This document shows, in pieces, positions 28,436 through 37,146 of a stretch of 64,000 nt of DNA; the stretch's first letter is position 1; every line of letters starts with the position of its first letter. Made by a program: the position numbers and the translations under genes. Below the pieces are notes generated by a model. It saw only the letters and a program-made list of their open reading frames with translations. It did no database searches and was not told where the DNA came from. Location: the NCBI GenBank assembly GCA_964551135.1, contig CAZKAT010000005.1, positions 198,522 through 262,521 on the forward strand, written 5' to 3'. The stretch is from an uncultured Gammaproteobacteria bacterium (GTDB taxonomy: Bacteria; Cyanobacteriota; Vampirovibrionia; LMEP-6097).

Positions 28436-30073
28436 TCAAATCTTTTCCTTTCTTAACTTAGCAACTCTAAGAGCTATGAACAATAGCATGAAATGTATGA
28501 ATTGTAATCTATATCTTGGTTCACACATGGTTATTAGAATTGGGAAGAATGCAAAATATAGAGCTGAAATTAAGACTATCAATTCAAAAATATCAAATTG
28601 ATGAGTTTTATAGAGATTCAATAAGTACACTATCAAAGCAATTAGAAAAACAGGTAAAATAACCCAAATCCATGGGGTGAATGCAAATAGTCTTTGCCAC
28701 CAAGGTGAGAGACCTTCTACCTTATGCCAAAAGCCATAAGGAGTATCCATATTAACCATAACTAAATATTTATCACTTGGATCCATTTTGAAATAACTAA
28801 AGAAACTATGTGCTTTAGAAAGCTGGTTCTTTTCTATATGTATAACCTGCGCCTCTGAGTGAGCTAATTTGGGATCTAGGTTACTTGTAAGGCTGAAGGG
28901 AACTAGTGTGAATTGTATCGGATTAAATCCAACGTTAGGTCTGATAGAGGACTCATAAACAAAAAGTCCTAGGTCTTCTTTTGCAAACATATTTACCATT
29001 GAAACTCTGAAAATTCTTTTTAAGGTTTTAATTGGTTGTCCTAAGGAAAGATCAAGGAAGTATTCAGTGCAGATCTTAGACCATTCATTAGGAGGAATGG
29101 CTGCTTGAGTATAAGGATGTATTATTCTCCCTTCCCTGCCAGCAACACTGATTCTGGATATCGCTAAATAGAATGGTGATGTAACAGAATTAGTATCGTT
29201 AATAGCAAACTCTTGTTTGAATTTATCCGTAGTGTTAATGAATATATCAGTTAACCAGGGATGCCGAGTTTGAGTTCTGGAGTAGATCATATCTTCCGTT
29301 AAAGCCCAGAGTAGAACACCAGCGCCTGAACGGGCAGCTTCATTGGTGGAGACATCAAAAATCTTAGATTGAGAGTAATTGAAACAACAGATTGGCCATT
29401 TGACAACATAGCTACATGAATAGAAAACAATAGCTGCCAAAATAAACTTGCTGATTTTTTTCTTTAATAGAAAATATAATCCATATAAACCAATCACTAT
29501 TGTGATTGACAGTATCCATAGATCAGAAATCGGTTTGGTAAGGGAAGATAGTCCAGCAGAAAATCCTGCGCTAGCAGCATAGATCCAAAAGAATACTGGA
29601 TTGGAATTATAGAAAATTTCTTGTATTAGTTTAATAGTAAGTAATAAGAAAAATACATGAAAAGCTTCTGGCATAACCACTTGTTCCATATATAGGAGAG
29701 CTGGATTGAGAGAAAATATTATACTTGCTATTAACGCTAATATTCGATTAGAGTTAGCTTGGCAAAGTATCCAGTAGATTAATATAGTGGAAGCTACTCC
29801 ACAAAGTTTATGTAATATGATTACTTCACTAACATCCCCTGTATGGTTAATTTGTATAAAATAATTTATTATCCGATTAAATAATCCAAAGTTAATGCTA
29901 GAAAGTAACCAGCCAAAATTACGTTCATTGATAATTTGCAGAGGGACAAAGTATTTAGGCGAATCTGCTACAAACAATGTAGGTACGTTGGAGCTAAAGC
30001 GTAAAATCAAACTAAATCCAGCAAAGATGAGGAAAGGTAAATGATTATTTAGTATTGTTTTGTTTTTGCTCAT
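28436..30073 (-). CDS. Polytopic membrane protein, putative GT-C-fold glycosyltransferase (ArnT / PMT-like).
   Basis: About 12 predicted transmembrane helices, with a first extracytoplasmic loop carrying VADSPKYF and a large loop in the middle. The layout resembles GT39/GT83 enzymes. Its stop abuts the start of the 737-aa paralog gene (28434/28436). Confidence 0.4.
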   Translation of the reverse strand: MSKNKTILNNHLPFLIFAGFSLILRFSSNVPTLFVADSPKYFVPLQIINERNFGWLLSSINFGLFNRIINYFIQINHTGDVSEVIILHKLCGVASTILIYWILCQANSNRILALIASIIFSLNPALLYMEQVVMPEAFHVFFLLLTIKLIQEIFYNSNPVFFWIYAASAGFSAGLSSLTKPISDLWILSITIVIGLYGLYFLLKKKISKFILAAIVFYSCSYVVKWPICCFNYSQSKIFDVSTNEAARSGAGVLLWALTEDMIYSRTQTRHPWLTDIFINTTDKFKQEFAINDTNSVTSPFYLAISRISVAGREGRIIHPYTQAAIPPNEWSKICTEYFLDLSLGQPIKTLKRIFRVSMVNMFAKEDLGLFVYESSIRPNVGFNPIQFTLVPFSLTSNLDPKLAHSEAQVIHIEKNQLSKAHSFFSYFKMDPSDKYLVMVNMDTPYGFWHKVEGLSPWWQRLFAFTPWIWVILPVFLIALIVYLLNLYKTHQFDIFELIVLISALYFAFFPILITMCEPRYRLQFIHFMLLFIALRVAKLRKEKI

Positions 30074-30102
30074 AAAAGGCCTTACTCTATTATAATAACA
30101 GT

Positions 30103-32400
30103 ATGCTCACTCCTTGTTTATTTATAGCCTACTTAGCTATTCTCCTTATCTTCGGAGATATATTGATTAGTAGATCTTTCGCCACATTAAATTATCCAGC
30201 TAAATTGAGTTCTCGAATTGCAGTAGCATTGCCATTTGGTTTAGCATTCCATTTATTTACTGCTCATATTTTGGCTCTTTTTGCTACACATAGTTATAGA
30301 ATTGCAGCTTGTTTGAGTATTGGTTTAATGTTGCTGATAATTATTATTGCCGAGTTTAAACAATATTATTCATTAAATAACTTAGGTCAAGATTTATTAT
30401 CCTTTGGTAAGTCTAAGGAAGCTTGGGTAATTGTTCTTGGATTATTGATTGCAGTTAGTTGCGGTATCAGAGGACATTTAACTGACTCAGACAATACTCA
30501 TATACCTTGGATGGCAGGCATAGTACTGAATAATGACTATCCGCCATTACTGCCAGTAAATCCAGAATATAATTTGAGTTTTTATCATTATGGAATTGAT
30601 CTTCTCAATTCATCAATTTTCTCAATTACAGGAGCACTTCCTTGGGATGCTATTAGTATGCAAGTTGGCATTGGAGCTTTCTCAGTGTTTCTTGTAATCT
30701 ATGCTATTTATGATTATTTTTTCAAATCATTTGTCATAACTTTTCTGGCAACTTTATTTACTACTTTCTTTACTTCAATAATGGGACTTGAGTTTATTTA
30801 TAAATTTGCTAGTAAGATTTCAGAATGGGGCGTGAAGGGTTTCTTCTATTATTGGCAGCAAGCTAGCTTACCTGCTATTGGACATATACCTTATAATCTA
30901 GTGCTTATATCTCAAGATATGGGAACGGCTCCTTTATTGGTAATACTTCTGTTCTTACTGATTCTTAAAGATCAAACAGATTATAAATTTAGTTTTTTCA
31001 AAATAGGATTGCCAGTTCTGTTACTTTCTTTTCTGACTTATTTTTGTTATGAAGCATATTGGTATGTGAGTTTTGCTGGTCTAGGATTACTTTTTACTTT
31101 AGAAGTACTTGTTGCATTGTTTAGAAATCAGTTTGGTTCAATCCAAGTCCGTCAAAAACTATTAAATTTCTTTTTCTTTATGGCTTGCTATAGCATTGCG
31201 AAGTTTTTAACTTTCAGATCAGGGTTTTCTTCATTCGATAATATTAATGCTCTAGTGATTCATCCAACACTATATTGGGATCACTTTGCGATGCAGTTCT
31301 TGAATTTCTTCCCGCCACCAATGGATAATCATACTGTATTACCAGTGCGTGATTATGTTTCAGGGAAGATTATTCTCAATGTTTACTTATGGTCAATGGT
31401 TAGTTTTCGTAACTGGGGATTTTTGACTATAGTGGTGATTCTACTCAGTGCCTATAAATTATTTAAGAAACAATTTGATAACAGTTTTGTATTTGTGTTT
31501 GCAGGTGCAGCGGGATTGTTTGTGCCATTTATTGTGGACTATGTTGTCAAGCCAAGTGAGACTTATAGATTCCCAGCTTGGACTATGATCATGTTTCTAT
31601 TCTTTGTTGTTATTTCAGTAATCAAATTAGTACAGGAAAATACTAAGTTGCAGAGCTTATTAAAGCCTCTGCCTATAAGGATTTTATTGATAGTCAATTT
31701 GTTGTTTTTCCTATTGCCTGGAGTGGCATCTATAGTTCCTTCCTTCGGACATGTGGCATATGGCGTGGATGATAGGCTTACTAAACCACAGAAATTAGCC
31801 TTAGAAGTAATGATCAAGATTCATAAGCCTGGCGAGATAGGCTTAGCTGCTAGACCTTTTTACTGGATGAGTGATATCGCTAATGTTGCAGGATTCTATG
31901 GTGTTGGAGGACAGATGTCTAAGATGGATATGCTTACAAGGAAAACAGCTATTAATTTAATGAATCCAATCTTGCTTCAGGAATTAAAAGTAAATTATAT
32001 ATTGGTAGATAAGAATGATGTCCTGAGTGAAGCAGCTTTGGAGCGTTTAAAGAACCCAAGCTTGTTTGAAGAGATTACTAAAGTGCATGAACTTAATCCA
32101 GATTGGCATTTCTATCGTTTTGTAAATCAGATAGGCTATGATCCAACTCAGATAAGTTTATTAAAGGATGAGTACGATTGGGTTGTGGGGTCTAAGTTTG
32201 GTTATGAATTTAAACCATTAGTGTTTGAGAATAACGTAATGTACATTGGTGAAGAGAGAAGGGAATTAGAAGGTATAGTGAAGAACTATAAGCAGAAACT
32301 TAAAGTGGACAATATACCAGTTGCTATGTGGCTTGTTGCTGAAGCTATAACAAAACCAGAGCTAGAAGCTGTATTTGAGAGTCAGAGACAGCGGCAATAG
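30103..32400 (+). CDS. Large polytopic membrane protein (765 aa), paralog of the 26221..28434 product.
   Basis: NNDYPPLLPVNPEYNLSFYHYGIDLLN and the C-terminal NPILLQELKVNYILVDKNDVLSEAALERLKNPSLFEE are collinear with the 737-aa paralog. It is transcribed divergently from the 28436..30073 gene. Confidence 0.5.
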   Translation: MLTPCLFIAYLAILLIFGDILISRSFATLNYPAKLSSRIAVALPFGLAFHLFTAHILALFATHSYRIAACLSIGLMLLIIIIAEFKQYYSLNNLGQDLLSFGKSKEAWVIVLGLLIAVSCGIRGHLTDSDNTHIPWMAGIVLNNDYPPLLPVNPEYNLSFYHYGIDLLNSSIFSITGALPWDAISMQVGIGAFSVFLVIYAIYDYFFKSFVITFLATLFTTFFTSIMGLEFIYKFASKISEWGVKGFFYYWQQASLPAIGHIPYNLVLISQDMGTAPLLVILLFLLILKDQTDYKFSFFKIGLPVLLLSFLTYFCYEAYWYVSFAGLGLLFTLEVLVALFRNQFGSIQVRQKLLNFFFFMACYSIAKFLTFRSGFSSFDNINALVIHPTLYWDHFAMQFLNFFPPPMDNHTVLPVRDYVSGKIILNVYLWSMVSFRNWGFLTIVVILLSAYKLFKKQFDNSFVFVFAGAAGLFVPFIVDYVVKPSETYRFPAWTMIMFLFFVVISVIKLVQENTKLQSLLKPLPIRILLIVNLLFFLLPGVASIVPSFGHVAYGVDDRLTKPQKLALEVMIKIHKPGEIGLAARPFYWMSDIANVAGFYGVGGQMSKMDMLTRKTAINLMNPILLQELKVNYILVDKNDVLSEAALERLKNPSLFEEITKVHELNPDWHFYRFVNQIGYDPTQISLLKDEYDWVVGSKFGYEFKPLVFENNVMYIGEERRELEGIVKNYKQKLKVDNIPVAMWLVAEAITKPELEAVFESQRQRQ

Positions 32401-32407
32401 ATTTACT

Positions 32408-33271
32408 CTATTTAACTTTTTTCAGTAAGAATTCGTTGTTTAATAGTCCATTATTACAGATCAAATTCTCTAAGTTAAAACCTTTCTTTTGTAAGAATAG
32501 AAATATCTCTGCAACCGTAGCAAACTCATAAGGATAGCCACCTAGCCAATCAATGATATCTGTTTTCCAGCTCATGCCTCTAAAGTTAATATGATTCTTT
32601 ATTTGTTTGAATGGATTTGTGAAAGTAGCTAAATAGAAGCAGATTAAAGCAGTCATGGCTAAGTAGTCAATAAAAAATTGAAGAAATTTAGGTAAGCTAG
32701 TATAGAATTTCTTTTCGGCAAGCCACATATAAGAATTACCAAACCTGAAATCTGGATAAATATTAAAACCATCAGATTTATTATAGATAGCAATGCACAT
32801 ATATCCATCTGCTTTAACAAGTCTTGCTGCATGATCTATGGCTGTCCACATATTGCCTGTGTGATGTAATACTCCCCATGAATAAACAAAATCATAAGTG
32901 CCAAGGCTATTTACAAAGCTTTCATCTAGTATAGATCCATGAGTTATTTCCCAGTTCTCTGGATTGCCTTCTGCTTCTCTCAATCTCCGGCAACATTCGA
33001 CTGAATTTTCATCAATGTCTAAGCTTAGAATTTTTTTCGCTCCAAGTCTATGAGCAACTAAAGAGAACAGACCGCTGCCGCAACCTATATCAACAAAAGT
33101 TTTCCCTTGAATATTTTCTTCTCCACAGAATTTCTTAGTGGCTTCGATGGCATATTCTATAACGGTATCATTAAGGCAATTATCAAGGTAATGTGACCAA
33201 TTCTCACCAAAACGGAAAAAATTCTTGGGTTTACGTATAGATTCGTTTTTGGTAATTGTCTGAGTATTCAT
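32408..33271 (-). CDS. Class I SAM-dependent methyltransferase.
   Basis: Motif I FVDIGCGSGLFSL and the acidic motif II SLDIDEN. Confidence 0.7.
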   Translation of the reverse strand: MNTQTITKNESIRKPKNFFRFGENWSHYLDNCLNDTVIEYAIEATKKFCGEENIQGKTFVDIGCGSGLFSLVAHRLGAKKILSLDIDENSVECCRRLREAEGNPENWEITHGSILDESFVNSLGTYDFVYSWGVLHHTGNMWTAIDHAARLVKADGYMCIAIYNKSDGFNIYPDFRFGNSYMWLAEKKFYTSLPKFLQFFIDYLAMTALICFYLATFTNPFKQIKNHINFRGMSWKTDIIDWLGGYPYEFATVAEIFLFLQKKGFNLENLICNNGLLNNEFLLKKVK

Positions 33272-33327
33272 TTTCTAGTTTAGTTTATCATTTTTGTGAA
33301 GTAATAAGTGCCATCTTCTCCAAAATC

Positions 33328-34224
33328 CTACCTCTTTGCTACACACATTAGCCCAGTACTGTTCCCTATAAGTCCCTGTAAAAATGCCACTGGGATAAAA
33401 GCCAGACTTAATGGAACCATATAGAATGACATACCATTTCTTAATTGACTATGAAATAACTTAGTATCTTGAAGCATATTCTGTATGGATATAGCCCACT
33501 GAGCTGGATCTAGGTCTGTATAAAATTTAGTAGTAGAAAATTTGCAATTATCAGCTATGAGTTGAAGATTTTGCTTATTGAATAGATGTATATGTCTTGG
33601 AATATGTAATCCTGCCCAATATTTACCAAAGATTGCAAACTCAATTGCTTTAGTATTAGGAGTGAATAAGATTATTTGTCCAGAAGGATTAAGTTTAGCG
33701 TAGCAATTCTTCATAACGGCTATTGGATCAAGGAAGTGTTCTATAACATTATTGAGCAAGATGATATCAAACTTCTCTGCAAAAGGAATTTCCTGTTCTA
33801 CATTGGCTATTTTGACTTGAACCCCATTGTCCATCAGCCTTGCAGCTGCAGCACTACTAAAATCACAGCCGTATAAATTCTGATAACCTAGATCTTTAAA
33901 TGCCATTAACAACTCTCCATTGCCATAGCCAATTTCTAGAATTTTAGAATCCTTGTTGAAAAACTTAGTGAGTTTTTTTGCTTGGTTGCGGAATTTTATT
34001 TTTTTAAGCTGAGAAAAAACTCCTGAGCCGATTGGCAAATAATTCCTATACTCAGATGGATAAAAGCTGCTAATGTCATTAAGCTTAGGAAGCGGCTTTT
34101 GGTATATTAATCCGCAGTTACTACATTGATAGAGGTCAATTGGACTGCAGGTTTCATACTCCCAGTCCTTAAGTCCTGTAAATTTAATGGTGTCTTGATT
34201 GCAACTACAGACAATACAGCTCAT
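33328..34224 (-). CDS. Class I SAM-dependent methyltransferase with an N-terminal Cys4 zinc-ribbon.
   Basis: N-terminal CIVCSC...CSNCG (CxxC...CxxC). Motif I ILEIGYGNGELL and motif II GCDFS. Confidence 0.7.
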   Translation of the reverse strand: MSCIVCSCNQDTIKFTGLKDWEYETCSPIDLYQCSNCGLIYQKPLPKLNDISSFYPSEYRNYLPIGSGVFSQLKKIKFRNQAKKLTKFFNKDSKILEIGYGNGELLMAFKDLGYQNLYGCDFSSAAAARLMDNGVQVKIANVEQEIPFAEKFDIILLNNVIEHFLDPIAVMKNCYAKLNPSGQIILFTPNTKAIEFAIFGKYWAGLHIPRHIHLFNKQNLQLIADNCKFSTTKFYTDLDPAQWAISIQNMLQDTKLFHSQLRNGMSFYMVPLSLAFIPVAFLQGLIGNSTGLMCVAKR

Positions 34225-34914
34225 CTAATGATTCGCAACTCCTGCCTTGTAATCGACGTTATATTCATTATTAGGTATGACTACTGTACTAACATCAGGT
34301 CTAAACATACCTTCATTTTTAATTGTTGGTAGAGAAGGCACTGGCGGCTCAAAAATATATGGACCAGGATTGAGATCAGCAGGTTTAGTTTGTTTCTTAT
34401 TGATCCAGTCTATGCCATGGAAATCCTTAAATCCTAGAGTATGAACTTTCCATCTTCTGTTTCTCATTGGCACATCTTCAGCCCAAGCATTCTTTAACCA
34501 AGAACTGAATACGACTCTAAATGCAGGTTGAAGAAAACCCATCCAGCTAGGTACATGCATATTGTAATAAATTTTCATTCTTGATCTATTATTAGGCAGA
34601 TCAAAGAAGTGTACTTCCATATCTAGCATGCCATAGAGATCCTTATGAACAGTTCTCATAATGTGTGGTTCAGGCATAAATTGGAAACCTATCCCTTCGT
34701 TCTCAAAAGGTACTACAGGAATCTTCGCTCTTCTGTAAACTAGTGCCCAATCATCTCTTTCAGCTAAGATTCTTGCTTCTCTATAAAGCTTCTGGTGAGT
34801 ACCAAGTAAGTGTTCATGGTCATAATAATTCCACATTATTACTTCCTTCGGGCAATCTTGTTCTAGCTCTAATTCTAAAGTAAGTTTAGTTCTACCATTG
34901 TCGTTTTTTGCCAT
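34225..34914 (-). CDS. Rieske-type non-heme-iron oxygenase catalytic domain, encoded separately from its Rieske domain.
   Basis: The mononuclear iron motif D-x2-H-x4-H is present as YYDHEHLLGTH (D32, H35, H40). The ATG lies 5 nt after the stop of the Rieske-domain ORF, in a different frame. Confidence 0.55.
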   Translation of the reverse strand: MAKNDNGRTKLTLELELEQDCPKEVIMWNYYDHEHLLGTHQKLYREARILAERDDWALVYRRAKIPVVPFENEGIGFQFMPEPHIMRTVHKDLYGMLDMEVHFFDLPNNRSRMKIYYNMHVPSWMGFLQPAFRVVFSSWLKNAWAEDVPMRNRRWKVHTLGFKDFHGIDWINKKQTKPADLNPGPYIFEPPVPSLPTIKNEGMFRPDVSTVVIPNNEYNVDYKAGVANH

Positions 34915-34919
34915 AAAAA

Positions 34920-35318
34920 TTATCCTAATAAGTTTACATAAACTTTATTACCATCAACCTTAAGTTGATACTGTCTTAAAGGCAAGCCTGGATTAGTTTT
35001 ACATGAACCATCAGCACAGGAGAATTGCCAATTATGCCAAAGACAAGTAAACACTCCATCCTTAGCCTTACGATAGCCTACTGGTCCACCAAAATGAGGG
35101 CAAATATTGCTGATAGCTTTCAATTCACCTTCATGTTTATAAAGCAAAATATCGTGATCATTAATCCAACGTGATAATTGTCCATGTGGCTCAAGTTCGT
35201 CTATAGTTGCCAAGAATTGAAAATCTTGTCCCTGTTGGTTTTGATTTTTAACTGTTAATAATGTATCTTCGCTAACCATTTCAATCCAGGATTGTAACAC
35301 AGCAGGCTTAATTTTCAA
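34920..35318 (-). CDS. Rieske [2Fe-2S] domain protein, the N-terminal half of the split oxygenase.
   Basis: CPHFGGPV...(17 aa)...CLWHNWQF gives the canonical CxH-x15-17-CxxH Rieske ligand pattern. Confidence 0.8.
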   Translation of the reverse strand: MKIKPAVLQSWIEMVSEDTLLTVKNQNQQGQDFQFLATIDELEPHGQLSRWINDHDILLYKHEGELKAISNICPHFGGPVGYRKAKDGVFTCLWHNWQFSCADGSCKTNPGLPLRQYQLKVDGNKVYVNLLG

Positions 35319-35337
35319 TCAACCTTAGGGATATATG

Positions 35338-37098
35338 TTAAGACCCATTCTTTATTTTATCAAGATCGATAATGGCATAGCCAATTCTTTTCTCAGCCAT
35401 AAATCTTTCTAAGAAAAAAGATTCTCCTGGATTGAGTTTAACTAGTTCTTGAGATAAAGCATTATATGGTTCTAAGTAGACAGGATTATTAATATAAGGT
35501 TGTTGATAGAAATTATATAAAGCCAGAAAATAATTTATGTGATTGGCATCAGCAAGTTTAACAAACTCATCTCTAGACTTGGCATAAGTCATTCTTATAG
35601 CTACTTCATTACGTCTTCTGATTTCAGCAAGAGATTCATGAGTATAAGCCATGCTACGTTCGTAATCTATAAACACTTTGCGTTTACTAGTAATTGAGAC
35701 TGTACTAATATCTGGCAATAGTGGATGGGCGGCAATTAGACTATCTTTAGGAGTTTGTGACAAGACTTCATTAACAGCTGGAGTAACAGAAACATACCTA
35801 GCATGATAAAAGGTACGAGTTATATTCCAATAATAGCCCGTACTAATCAATAAAGCTAGTACAAAAACCTTATCAGCAATTGACTTTGGTAATTCATGAG
35901 ACAGCTGCCATAGCCAGATGCCAACAATTAGAGTTAAGCATATAACAGAAAGTAATAAAGAAGGTACCGCTAGATATCTACTGGGTAAGTATAATACTGG
36001 GAACAGTAATTGTGATGCTATATATAAGGAAATAGCAGCATATAGTAGTGTTGCTGGACTAGAACTAAATATCACAGAAAAAGAATTGTAGAAAATATTT
36101 TTGGTCTTACTGTTTTTTTTAGTATTTATGCCAACTAGTACGAAAAATAAATAAAACAAGCTAGCTACAAAAGCATATTTAATAATAGAGCTAATGGGAA
36201 GGTAACCAATGCCTAGTCCCCAATGTTCATTTTGCCACCAACTACCATCCCAAACAGATGAACCAAATATCGGATGACGTCCTCCAGGATTGAATTCTGG
36301 TAAAGCTTTCATCTCTGCTACAGTGAATGATGTGCCAACACCTTGAGTTTTAATATCTTTGAAAATTACTAGATAAGTAAACGCTACTACTGCTGCATTA
36401 AATAACCAGAGTAAAAATTCTTTGCGTTTAAAATCTATAAAATTAAGACGATATTTAATAATGCCATCAAAAAACTCCATGGCGAAGCAAATTAAGAAAG
36501 CATGCGGACTAACAAAAATACTGATTAGGCATAGTAACCCTGCTGTAATATTTTTGTTAATAAGTTTAAAATACATATAACTCAAGATGCCTAGCCACAC
36601 TAGTGAACGTGAGTGTGCTGCAGAAAGGTGATCAGTACACCATGTAGTCGTTACTAGTGCAGTTGAGAAACATAGAGCCCAGAGATCTATTAATGCAATG
36701 TTAGTACCAAGAATTTTTACTTGATTTAAATTCTTGGTGAAACTTTCATAATGATTAAGTAATGCTTGAAAGAATAAAAACGCAGAAGCTCCTGTTAGGA
36801 TGGCCATGATTAAGGCTAAGAATTTTGAGAAGAAAATTAAGCTTGGAGTAAACAAAGGTGCAAGTTTGTATACCAAAAAAAGTAAAGGAACTCTATAAGT
36901 ATGAGATTCATACATAGGTGCAAAGAAATCATTTTTAAATAATTCTGGATCCCAAAGGCGCCATGTCCAAAACATGCTTTGTCTGAAATCATCCTGTACT
37001 ACCAGCTCATCACCAATAATAGGGCCTAAGATTTGCCAGCTAATAACAAATGCAATGATTGAAGCTAAAATAACATAGTATATTTGAGGTTTTTTCAT
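35338..37098 (-). CDS. Polytopic integral membrane protein (hypothetical). First gene of the oxygenase and methyltransferase operon.
   Basis: 586 aa with more than 10 hydrophobic helices and no recognisable catalytic motif. There is a 19-nt gap to the Rieske gene downstream. Confidence 0.45.
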   Translation of the reverse strand: MKKPQIYYVILASIIAFVISWQILGPIIGDELVVQDDFRQSMFWTWRLWDPELFKNDFFAPMYESHTYRVPLLFLVYKLAPLFTPSLIFFSKFLALIMAILTGASAFLFFQALLNHYESFTKNLNQVKILGTNIALIDLWALCFSTALVTTTWCTDHLSAAHSRSLVWLGILSYMYFKLINKNITAGLLCLISIFVSPHAFLICFAMEFFDGIIKYRLNFIDFKRKEFLLWLFNAAVVAFTYLVIFKDIKTQGVGTSFTVAEMKALPEFNPGGRHPIFGSSVWDGSWWQNEHWGLGIGYLPISSIIKYAFVASLFYLFFVLVGINTKKNSKTKNIFYNSFSVIFSSSPATLLYAAISLYIASQLLFPVLYLPSRYLAVPSLLLSVICLTLIVGIWLWQLSHELPKSIADKVFVLALLISTGYYWNITRTFYHARYVSVTPAVNEVLSQTPKDSLIAAHPLLPDISTVSITSKRKVFIDYERSMAYTHESLAEIRRRNEVAIRMTYAKSRDEFVKLADANHINYFLALYNFYQQPYINNPVYLEPYNALSQELVKLNPGESFFLERFMAEKRIGYAIIDLDKIKNGS

Positions 37099-37146
37099 AG
37101 TGCTCGCATAGTTATCAGTGAATCATTATATAATTAAGCCTCGAGA

